This document shows, in pieces, positions 28,793-40,223 of a stretch of 64,000 bases of DNA. The notes under the pieces were generated by a model. That model was given only the letters and a program-made list of their open reading frames with translations, did not search any database and had not been told where the DNA came from. The stretch spans positions 12,896,001-12,960,000 of the forward strand of contig CM022671.1 of the NCBI GenBank assembly GCA_012295275.1. Reading direction: 5' to 3'. The position numbers and the translations under genes were made by a program. Source of the stretch: Chrysomallon squamiferum. Taxonomy: Eukaryota; Animalia; Mollusca. The stretch's first letter is position 1; every line of letters starts with the position of its first letter.

Positions 28793-29640
28793 AATTATAC
28801 CAAAGAAAGTCGCAATATAATAAGTTTTCCCGTTCTTGCATATAGATGACATGTGTGAGCCTGTTATCACTCTAATCTGTGACGTTCAGTACAGTGACTA
28901 TCAGAAAACGTGACATCATGGAAAGAGAGGCATGATTTGATTTTTCTATCAAAATGCCATGAAAAGCACATTTATTTTCTGTCAGTGTATAGAACACTGT
29001 ACAATAAATCTGCCAGCGTCCCTTTTGTAGCTTACTAGATTATGATCCATGTCAACCTTAATAACGTTTCATAATGTTATGGTGTCTTTTTTGTCATGGA
29101 CCTCCCCATCAGAAAAGCTTGAAAGACTGCTTTGTTTATTATATTTCTAGACCTCTCCATTTTTATTATTAATTTTACATGGACAGTGTTTTGAGTTTTG
29201 AAATATTACCAAAATTTTAAGAAGTCATTAATCTTTATATTTTTGTCTTCTTTTTTTCCTAATTTTATTTTAAACTGCATAATTATGAGTAACAGTTATT
29301 ACTGGGTAAATGAATAAATTCAGTAAATTTAATAATACTTAGAAAAATATTTTAACCATTGAAAAATATTTTTAATTTCTTAATTTATATTGTATAATTA
29401 TTTGTTCCAATTTCTAATGATCAGTTACATTTATTTTTCTTCTATTAGTTACTTTGTGGATTGAAGGCTGATTTGAAAGCCATCATTTAGAAATGAAATG
29501 CAAGAAAGGAAATATGGAAGAAAAAAGACATTTTCAAAACTTCAGTGACTTGACAATCATTGATACATTTTTGTATGGTCTCTGTAAGTGAACAAATATA
29601 TTTTTATTAGAACAGTAATTTATGTTGTATTGTATTAGTA
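28165..29640 (+). repeat. Copy A of a long diverged inverted duplication (partner 44748-46604)
   Basis: For example, CACCTGTCACTACATGTAGTATATACTAAT (28283) is the reverse complement of ATTAGTATATACTACATGTAGTGACAGGTG (46403). 29527-29640 matches 44748-44862. Confidence 0.95.
28627..29122. mobile_element. Degenerate MITE with GGGGCGGATC-type termini
   Basis: Left end GGGGCGGATCTAG at 28628. The corresponding other end, GGGGTGGATCCAGC, survives in the inverted copy B (~45999) and is lost in copy A. Confidence 0.45.
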
Positions 29641-30089
29641 ATTTTACCTTGTAGTTGTGATGTTGCTTTTTTACTTTTTTTTACTAATTTATTATATCTC
29701 CCTTGATTTTCCTTATATGAATATTTGGAGTCATCTGGTTATTTCTATTCATGTTTTTTTTTGTTTTTTTTTCTTTTTTTTTAAATCTGTTTTGTCATTT
29801 TTTTTCTTTTTTAATAAATTCTTTTTTCTACATGATATATCCAGTTTCATACAAAAAGTTTTCATTTTTTTTACAAATGGTTGTTCATTTTGCTTATTTC
29901 ATGAAAACATATTATTTATAAAATAAATAATAATTATTGATCTAATGGAAGACTGTCAGTTAATGTACAGTTGACAAGTTACTAAAAGTTAGTTTGTAAA
30001 TCTGTGAAAGTTTTCTTTTATATAGATAGTGCTTTTTAAAACAACATTGTTTGTTTTACACAGGGTACATCTACTTGGTTCCACATTAA
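29493..30089 (+). CDS. Candidate spliced smORF, 38 aa (31 aa from the second Met): MKCKKGNMEEKRHFQNFSDLTIIDTFLYGLWYIYLVPH
   Basis: Segments 29493-29583 and 30064-30089. The other two frames of exon 2 contain stops. Hydrophobic/aromatic C-terminus. No homology search was possible. Confidence 0.3.
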
Positions 30090-31004
30090 TCAAAGGTCAT
30101 GGTTATTGCTGTTTTGATTACAGTAAAATGTCCTAGCAGATCAGTACTATTAATATCAAACAAGAAACACACATGCATTTATGAGGAAAACCAAAAAAGT
30201 CTTTAAAAAGAAAAATCTTTTTATTAAAATAATTTTAAAAATTCAGAATATTAAATATAGTTTCTAACATAAACTGCTTTTATTTTAATTTAATTTAAAA
30301 TTACTATTTAAAGAGTATAGATTTGACTGTACATTAAAAAAAAAGGAAACTATAGATCAAATTGAAGAGTCTGTGTAGAGATCTCAGATATCCCAAGAGA
30401 TCCACTTGTACTAAAGTTCAGTTTGTATCCAAATGTTTTTGAACTGGATCATTTTATTTATTTATTTATTTATTTTGGACTGCAATGTGTAACAAACATA
30501 TGTAAAGTACAGCTGTACATTAATAATAACAATTCCCAGTTTACCGAAACACAGACACAGAATTAATGTGAATTAAAGTAGTTTAAAATAACTGACATTT
30601 ATTGAATAGTGAATCGAAACTTAAAAGTTCACATATTTGTTATAAATGTTGTTTTAATCACAAATCTTTTAACATTTTATTTATTTTTAGGTAGTTTTAA
30701 AATCTGTGATAAGTCTTAATTATGTTTAAATTAGAATTAAAAATATTAATACAAATATTTAAAAGTTCTGCTTTTCCATATTGGAAACAGTAATAAAAAG
30801 ATACCTTTTCAGTTTTAACATTTATTTCCTTTTTAAATTTAAATGTTAATGATAATTTAAGCCATTCCTATAGACTTGAGGATACTTTATTTGTAATGTA
30901 TTCCAAAAACATGAATGCATATTATTTATCTGAATTTTTTTTTTTAAATAAAAAAAAAGAAGAGAGAATTCTCTTTTAATTGTAACCTTATATCACCTGT
31001 CAGT

Positions 31005-31385
31005 TCTTTGTGTATGATCAGACTGTTTTTTCATCTGGAGCTGTCAGTCTGACAAGTCATTTTGTCAGAATGCAAACTGATCAAAGGGTTCCTTGCCAGT
31101 GTAGTCAGTCATTTGACATTTAACTTCTATTACAAGGTTTAATATTTTTGAGGGGTTCTGCATAGGAAAATTTTGGATTTAATCCTCATATGTTTACTAA
31201 TGTGTGTCAGTGTGTGTATGTTTTAATATTTTGGTGATGCTGCTGATGGGGCATCTGTCCACCTGGTGGGTCACTCCTGTCCAGTATTCTTGGACTGGGA
31301 ATGTTACACACGGGGAATATCTCATCATGGATGTCAACAGATGCTGGGAGTGTCTTCAAGTTGCACTGTTGAATTTCAGTGATAA
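31005..31385 (+). other. Cluster of predicted RNA stem-loops in a GC-enriched island of the candidate transcript's last exon
   Basis: Pairings read by eye: TGATCAG/CTGATCA (31015/31077), TCTGACAA/TTGTCAGA (31048/31062), GTCA/TGAC (31104/31114), GCATCTGT/ACAGATGC (31251/31337), TGGTGGG/CTCATCA (31264/31321). Confidence 0.45.
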
Positions 31386-31879
31386 ACACACACACAGAAA
31401 GATACAGACATCCATGCATGCACGCACAGAAAAACACACATGCACACTCATACACACGTGCACATAAAACACAGCATACGCCTGAAAAAAATTATGAAGA
31501 AGAAAAAAAGAAAAGCTATGCTATCAAACAGTCACATACACTGTTCTAATTTAAATTAATATATATATATATATATATATTTATAAACTTTAATATATTG
31601 TGGGAAAAGCATATATCATACACTTGTGACCATTTGGACAAGAAAAGTCTCCTGGTCAAACATTACTTTTTCACGCAAATCTTAACATCATTTACATCCT
31701 TAATTTTGACTCATGATTTGAACATCTCAATTCCAACTGACAAAAAGAAAGGTATATTCTTCTTTTTTTTTTCTAGTGATAATCAACCTCATATTTAGAT
31801 ACATTTGGAAATATATATAAATATTACTTGACAAAAGTATGCGAAATTTCATATCTGAGATCAGAGAGTAAACCCAGAT

Positions 31880-31926
<47 letters not shown>

Positions 31927-34900
31927 TAATGTAGAAAAGTAATCCATTTTTGTTTTACATATATAAAACTGATATTACAATGTAACTATAAAAATTTAAG
32001 AAGGCTTATTTCATGTAAATATATATATATATATTTTAAAAATATTTATCAGTGATAATTAATATATCACATATATAGCACATACCACACTGTAATGTTA
32101 TGTCATCTGTTTGTCAAAATTAATGTGTGGGAACTAATTAAGTAATAAAGAACGTGGATTAGTAACGAATGATTGTTTTAATGACTAATGTATAATGTAT
32201 GAGATTCAAATACTAATAATAATATATAAATTTAAATTTAAAAAATAAAAAATGTAGAGTAGAGAATCATGTTTGTATTTGTTAGAATTTTATGTTGCAA
32301 TTTTTTATTTCATATTTTTTGTTCTATTTTAAAAATGTATTTTCACTGATTGTTCTTATTGAGAATTTAGTTTTGAAAATTATAATCAGCAGATTTCTAA
32401 TCTTATTATTCACTTAGTAAAATTAATTAAAAAGCTTTAAAAGATTACATAAAAAGAATATATATATGACAAATCGAATAATAATTGCTATAAACATTTT
32501 TGTTTTATATATTTCATATTTTACATTTTATATTATATTTGTAAATACGAAAACACATTTTAATAAGAATATATATCATCTGCAGGAATCAACATTTTGT
32601 GATACAATAGCACATGCCATGACTTTTGGTATTTTCTTTAAATATTCAGTATAATACATTCAAAGGATCTTTTATTTTATACATGCATTACAGTTGTACA
32701 AATTTGTTTTCATAATGAAATGGAAAAGAAAACTCGGAGCTCAGCAACACTTACAAGCAGATTTGTGGCCACTCAGGCCATCTTATTTCCTGCTTTCTAA
32801 TAACATCTTTATAAAGTATGTGATGATGGCTTTCTGCTTGTTCTTTATTTAATATGTTTATTTATTATATTTTTTTATTTTATTTTATTTTTTTTAAGAC
32901 TCAGTCTCATAACATCTATGCCTTAATTAGATCTTAACTTATCACTGATATTTTCTTCTTGGACTGTTTTAATTCTGTATTGTGGGAATTCATAATAGTG
33001 CCTTAGTTTTCCCAGAATACAGATTAAAGTAGATTACTCAAGATACATATTTTTGAATTCACTTTTAACTCTGGTGTAATTTTCTGTCTTTTTAAAATTA
33101 ATAAATCGCAACATCAGTACTCCTCTTTGTATTGACTGTTTCTTACATCATTCATTAAAGAGTGCCTTAACTGATGTCTTATAAGTCTGTGGGAAGGCTG
33201 TAATGTTATGTTATGTCTTGTTTAGAGTAGCTTATGGAGCAACAGCTTTTTCTCTCCAGTATCATTACAGTGCAAAGAAAAATGAAGTCTGAAATCAGTA
33301 AGAGTTTATTTTACAATCTGTATTTACATGATTATTTTAAAAAATAAATAAAATAAATAATTAATGATATTACTATTGTTATTCATCGCTGTAAACAGAA
33401 TGTCAATTTTATTATTTTAACTCCCCATGTTTTTGTCATTGTTGTTTTTTTGTTTTATGCTAATACTTTTTATTGTTAGCATTTTGTTAGTCCTAAATTT
33501 GTTTTAATTCTTTAATCAAAATTGTGGTTGTAAATGTACAAATTGAGTTGATGTTTTAATGTATTATTTTTAATATATGGCTATTACTAGTCATCCTGGT
33601 TTTAAAAACAATTGTGTACTCTTATTATATTATAAAACAATAAATATCTGAATAAAGTATATAACTGAATTTATCATTTGTTTTACTATATTTAATTTTC
33701 AAGGTTTGTAATTCTTACATATTATGTCTATTTATGGTGCTAAAAAGATAACAAAGGAGGATTTGATAATAATCCATGACAGCTTATTTAAAAATTACAT
33801 ACTAATGTCAGTTATAAGGATCATTTAATAACATTTCTATTTTACATGTTTTATTTCTATAAAATATTAATACCCAGATTACATCAGGCATCAACCATTC
33901 TTGTGAGCATCATTCCTAGACATTCATTCAAAACGATTTATGCAACATTTCTTTCTAATTTTAATTTAAAGATCATCAGAAATTGTTATCATTTTATCAA
34001 TGATTAATAATAAAATTTGGAAATAAAGTATATGAAAGACATTATTTTAAAAGTAAAACCCATTATGGCATTTTTGCTGAATTTTTATTTGATGAAAATG
34101 AAGACTGTCAATTTCCAAACCTGTTTTCCCATGTTCTCAGGTTTTTGTTAGTGATATGGGAAAATAAAATACAACTACATAATTGCCAAAGAAAATTTTA
34201 TTCATGAAACAGTTTTCAGGAAAGTTTTTTAGGTTTATATGACTGCGGCTGGTGACCATTGGCCATATACAAAGTGTGTAAAATCCAGCTATTGTTAACT
34301 GCCAATTTATAAAATAATTTTTATTTGACCACAAAGCTTTCCCCAAGATGTGTGGGGGTCACTTAAATTATTAATACGAATTCTGTCGATTGGCAGGAGA
34401 ACCATCTATAGAGACAAGAAGTATTGTAGGGGTTTTCTGATCACCATTAGCTAAAGGGAACTGTGAAATCTGGCTACTGATTTGACATACAGCTACTTAA
34501 TTATAACTAATTATGGGAAGAAATGTTATTAAGATTTATGCTGCACACACTATTTTAAAAAACCTTTGACAGAAGGATAATTTAAAGCTGCTGATTTTAA
34601 TCCAAATTTATCTAGCAATAAGGCATGTGTACTGATTCAGAGAATGAGGAATCACTGTAGCATCTTCATTAGGAAGAAGGACAAAATACTTTTATTATTG
34701 AAAAGAACTGACCCTCATTGGATAATAAACTGTGAACATCAGATAATAAACATTAGCATGCAGTGTTAATAATAAACTGATCTATAAAATCATGATGATG
34801 ATGATGATGAGGCAAAAACATATAGGTACGATAATAAGATTAACATACATAAAGCTTGGTGATTGATTTATTGTAATACAAAGTGGAAACTCTAGCCATA

Positions 34901-35957
34901 ACATTCGTATTTTGTCTACTAAACCTCTTTATTATTCTTTGGCTTGGCTGTTACTTAGTGTGAATGCAGTAATCATTAAAACTAAACAATTATTCTTACA
35001 GTCAATTAAATAGAGAAAAATAAAATCAGATATCTCCTTCAGATCACAAAGCACACTCATTAATATTTATTATTATTATTATTTTTTAGGAAATGTTTAT
35101 CATTATTCATTTTAATATATTATTATTATTATTATTATGAGATGAAATATATTATATTATATAGGTACTGTGAACTTAATTTATGCCCTTACACCAAGAC
35201 TTTCTCTCATTCATCATCACAACTTTTCTTTTACATTATTACATTTAGAAAGAAACTGATAATAGCTTACACAGACTGAGTTCGAACATGCTTGTATTAG
35301 GCACAGTTCAGTGATACTTGTGTTGTAATATTTTGTATTATTATTCTATCGTTTTTGACACCAACTTGTTTGTTGTTCCTTAAGATTATAACCGTTTACA
35401 AACAACACAAAAACAACAACAAATCCATAAAGCATTGCGAGCATTGTAGCTTTAAATACCCACCAATACCACAGTATAGCAGTCTTTTCCCCCGAGTTTA
35501 ACTGCATTCTTCAGTTGCAGTCCGATTCTGGCAGCTGCACATGAAACTCGGAGAAATGACTGCAGTACTTAAATACGATAAATTGTTTTTATTGTTCAGT
35601 GACAAGCAGTTTTGTTAGCATGTAGTTAGGTCTGAAAGGATTTCACTGCTTGGCAGTTTGTATGAAAGAACTGGTAGGTAATATTTCTATCTTGTATTTC
35701 AGTTGAAAATTTATTTTTGTCAGATAATGTCACAGTGATTGTTTCACCATTGCTACAGACGATGAATGACAATTACAAATTTTGAAATTGAATAACACAA
35801 ATACTGAATGAAAGTGGGTTTTTTGGGGGGGGTTCATCCCCTACAACTACACCATGTAAAACATTACAATGCACTGTTAATAAGTTTTACATCGCCTTCA
35901 TGTGTCACAATTAAAAAAAAATATATATATATATTGTTAAAAGCAAAATGTATAAAC

Positions 35958-36212
35958 CAGTGGTGTGCACAGGGGGGCTGAGAGGCAGTGGCCCTGGGAA
36001 TCCTAATTGGGGGGGGCATCCAATCGGAGAAGATAACTTAATAAATTTGGTTGGTTTATATTTAAATCAATTAAAGTGTTTATGTTTCATCTGTGTTTAC
36101 ATATTCAAAATATATTCTTTCTTCATAATATTCCTGGCCTTATACTTGAGTATTTGGGGATACAATCAATGAGTAAGACCCCCAGGCATCACCAGACCGC
36201 TGCACGCCACTG
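35958..36212. mobile_element. hAT-superfamily MITE (255 bp)
   Basis: TIRs CAGTGGTGTGCA and TGCACGCCACTG, with a perfect 8-bp TSD GTATAAAC (35950-35957 and 36213-36220). Confidence 0.9.
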
Positions 36213-36437
36213 GTATAAACTGATAGTGTCTTCCCATCTGGTAGAATTCCCAGTTCGTAGAAAAGACTCATCTACTGCAATACCTGATTACCTCTGTATA
36301 TAATGAACTTGGCCTGTACAAATATCTATTTTCTTTCTAACATTCAGAGGCAGAGCGCATTATTCCTAAATCAATTATGTAACATCATAAGAAAGCAGAA
36401 TAAGCGTTCACTTTTGCCGTAGATATTTTACTTTTTC

Positions 36438-36578
36438 AATATTATCATCATTATCTTCCTCCTCATTATCATCATCATAATCATCATCATCAACATTATT
36501 ATTATTATAATATTATTACTATTACTATTGTTGTTATTATTATTGTTATTATTATTATTTGTATTCTTATTCTTATTT

Positions 36579-36628
<50 letters not shown>
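36438..36628. repeat. Compound (TTA/TCA/TTG)n microsatellite
   Basis: Direct reading. It generates the poly-N and poly-Y artefact ORFs. Confidence 0.95.
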
Positions 36629-38825
36629 TAAGCTGGTCATTTCTAATTCATAAACATTTCCTTTCTGTTACAAAACAACCAACCAATAATAAACAATTTT
36701 ACATCAATTTCATCTATCTATCAAAAAGAAAAAGAAAAAAAAAGAAAAGAAAAAAGTGACATGATGTTTTTTTGGTTAATTCTCATGCTTACTTCTGTAA
36801 AAGAAAATGACAAAAATATTATAAATAACTAATTTTATTCACCAATATAATTTTAAAAAAACATTTTACATACAAGTAATTCATATATTCAGTAAATAGA
36901 ATATGTGAATGTTACATTTATCATTAACTGTTCGAATTAAACCATATTCAGCTGAAACATGTTCAAGATATATGTTACTGAGCATATTTACATTATGCAC
37001 ACATACATGCTCACATTTACATTTCTTGTTATCATCAGCATTTGCCATTATACTGTTATTTGTTTTGACATATTGGAAGGGTAAATTACAAACAAGGTTA
37101 AGTCTAAATCAAAGCAGAAGAGAAGAGAATCAGAATATCAGATGCACATATGACGTGTCAACTGATCAACACAGCTGAGAGAAGCTCGTGAATGAATGAA
37201 AAACAAAAGAAAACAGACTTAAAAACATGCATTGTATCCATTTGTATCATTTCTTTCAAGCAATTAACAATTAAATTTATATTTATATAATTTGTAAAGA
37301 AAAAAGATATTGTTAAGCGAGATATTACTGTATTTATACAATAATAATTGCTTTCCAAATAATCTGTAACAGTTCATTATAATGACTGAGGTAAAACCAA
37401 GCATGTAAATAAGACCACTGAACCACATTTAGTCTTTTGACAAAAAGGTGAATTCGACCAGATAGGAGTAAGCCAAACTGACCTGTCCAAGGTCTTCTGT
37501 GACCAAAGTGCTAGCTCATTTCTTCAGAATTTGAATGTGTACAATGAATTACTAAACTGAAAACTAAGTGAATACTGTGACAAGAAAGATTGTGGCAAAG
37601 AAAAAAAAAATTCAACACATTTGAGCATGTCTCTTATTCACTATGCAGTACTAGAAATTTAAACTAAACAGTTATTAAATATAAATGAAATTCATTAGTA
37701 TAAATGGTGCAAGTTTAATAACGAAATGGTCAATGCTTTCAGTTTTTGATTTTTAAAATATTATTTGCATTTCAACTTAAGTGATAAAATTTAAAATGTA
37801 CTGAAAACAAAATTAATGTAGTGTTTATTATTAAATAAATGTAATTGCTATATTTATTTAAAAGTTACTTTTTATATCTGAAACTTTAACTTTAAAATTT
37901 TTATACTTATTTATAATGTATAGTATTGTAACATGTGTTGTGATAAGTAATAAAAGCATGCATCATTTGATTACAAAACATGAAATTAGTTGTTTTAGTC
38001 TAAACAATAACTAATAATAAGTTTGTGAAATTGTTTCTCATCTATCATAAGCAGTATGGGGAGTGGTTATGATTTAACTCTGGTTCCATAAATACCTGGT
38101 TGCTGTGACACTGCACATCACTACGTTTCTCCATCAACCAGGCAATTTTCCATTTTCATTTTCAAGATAATTGTGAAGGAGAAATTTAAAACACTTTAAT
38201 TTTTGTTTTGTTTTCTGCATCTGACACAAATGATTAAGTAAAGTTAAGAAAATGTAACTGGTTACTTTTATGATTTTTTTATTGACAGCAAGGAGCATAT
38301 ACCCATAATCAGGCAATGTATACTATAGACTGTGATAATTAACTGTGAATGGAAGCTGAGCAGTGAGTGAGCATCAAAGAATGAAGAATAATGATAAACA
38401 TCATAAAGCACTGTGTACCCCAACAAGAAAGAGATGTGTGAAGCTATTTAAAAATATTTCTATTAATACTTTTGATAATTTTTAAAATTCAACTATCTAC
38501 CTTATGCTGTTAGTCAAACCTCTTTATAATACATAGGCTTTATCAATTGGTATATACAGTATATTGTTATATATAGTCCATGTTACTTACATTGCTTTGC
38601 AGACAGTCACTGTTCTCAAGTTTGTTTATGGATAGTAAGAATCAATTTTGATTATGATTATAATAAATTAATAATGTAAGCCCTGTTATCTAATTATATT
38701 AAAACTTGAACTAACATATGTCCTAAAGTGTAACTTTCTTTAATGAAATTAGTTAAACAACAATGAAAATGTTTCGTTGTTATTTTCATTATTTTGTTGA
38801 CTGAAGCAAACATGAAAAAGCAAAC

Positions 38826-40223
38826 TGTTGTGGTGTATTTGTATTGCATGATGTGTGAGTGTTTTGCATTTTGTTTGTTATTGTGAAGTGTTCTGCATGA
38901 TGTATGTACTGTGTGATATGGTGCACTGTTTCTAGTCCTTCCTTGTCCTATACAGTGTGTGTCTGTGTGTCTTTGTGTGTTTATGTGTCTGTATGTACAT
39001 ATGTGTTGTCTCTTTTATATGTGTGTGTGTGTTTTGTATGTTGTATTTGTGTGTATGTGTGTGTGTGTGTGTTGTGTGTGCCTGTGTGTCTGTGTGACTG
39101 TGTATTGTGTTCAGTGTGGTCTATAGTTCTATTTTGTATATTCTCTGCTGAAATGTGTATATCTAATATATTGTCTAGGTATATTGCCATCACCATTATT
39201 GTGTTTTATATGCAGTATCATGGGTGTCTCATAAATCTCTGTGCTTACTGTGTTTGTCATGTTCAAGTATATTTGTTGCACATTTGTGTGTGCTTTGAGT
39301 CCAATGTGGTGTATATGTATGTTGTTTTTTATATTGTGTGCCTTGTCCTCTATAGTGTGTGTAATGTGTCTCTTGTTTATTTTTCTTGCTGTTGCTTATG
39401 TGTGCATTGATTCTTCTGTGATCTGTATGTCAGTATAGTGCATGTGTGGGTTTTCAGTGATGTGTCGTAGTGTGATGTGATGCTTTGTATAACTTGTCCT
39501 GTATGGTGTGTGTAGTGTCTGTTTTCTGTATGTATGTTGTATTATGTGTATGCTGTGTGTGAATATTGTAAATGATGAATATCATATCCCATATGATTGC
39601 CTTGTACTCATCATTCATGCACAAATACAACATGTGCCACCAACAGCACAAAACAGAACACACAAGACAACCACTGCACAGTGTGGTGCTAGTGTGCATG
39701 TTATGTGTTGAGAACTTGGTACATGGTATGTTTGGTGCATGTTGTGGTCTGGTGTGATGTTTTCTCTGCCTTGTCCTGTTGCCTGTTGTTTTGAATGCTG
39801 TGGTGTGGTGTTTCATGTGCTTTCTCATGTATGATTTGTGATGACGTATGTATTTAGATGACAATTTTGTGTATTCTGTGATATGTTATGTGTCTTATGC
39901 TGTGGTGTTTTTTGTTCCTCCTTATATTTGTATGTGTAATGTATACATATTTGTATGTTTGTTGTTCTTGCATGTTTTTGTTTGATGTTGTCTGTATGTC
40001 AGTTTTGTGTACCCTGTGCTGTTGCTGTCTGTGTATTTTATCTGGTGATATTTTTATCCATATTTTGTGTGTGTGCTGGTGCTGTCTGTGTTTTATGTCC
40101 AGTATGGTGTGTAGTGTGTGTACTGTTTGTGTGTTGATGTGTGTGTGCTTTGGATGAGAATTTTGTGTTATGTCTGTTGGTGGTATGTGTCCTGTGTGTG
40201 TTGTTTAAAATGTTGTGCTATAA
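38826..40223 (+). repeat. TG-rich strand-asymmetric complex satellite, left block
   Basis: Recurrent motifs TTTGTTGTTCTTGCATG, GTACCCTGTGCTGTTG, TTTTATCTGGTGATATT and TGAGAATTTTGTG. A short CA-rich (inverted) island lies at ~39600-39680. Confidence 0.85.

Larger units (their letters stand above)
27550..33670 (+). other. Candidate unannotated spliced transcript (lncRNA or microprotein gene) divergent from ANKRD26-like
   Basis: Strong donor GAG|GTAAGG after 28006. Exon 29449-29583 has branch point TTCTAAT, a pyrimidine tract with TAG, and donor CT|GTAAGT. Acceptor TTGTTTTACACAG precedes 30064. Tandem AATAAA at 33639 and 33651 is followed by a T-rich tract. The 5' end is a guess. Confidence 0.55.

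Noticed and set aside
29469-29471. In-frame TGA read as selenocysteine in the candidate transcript
   Set aside because: I could not find a canonical SECIS (RUGA, apical AA, GA) in 30064-33670 by eye, and the Sec context resembles no selenoprotein I know. SECISearch would be decisive.
33226-33297. Exon-like AG...GTAAGA segment on the plus strand
   Set aside because: No coherent ORF and no downstream acceptor identified. It could be chance within the putative 3' UTR.
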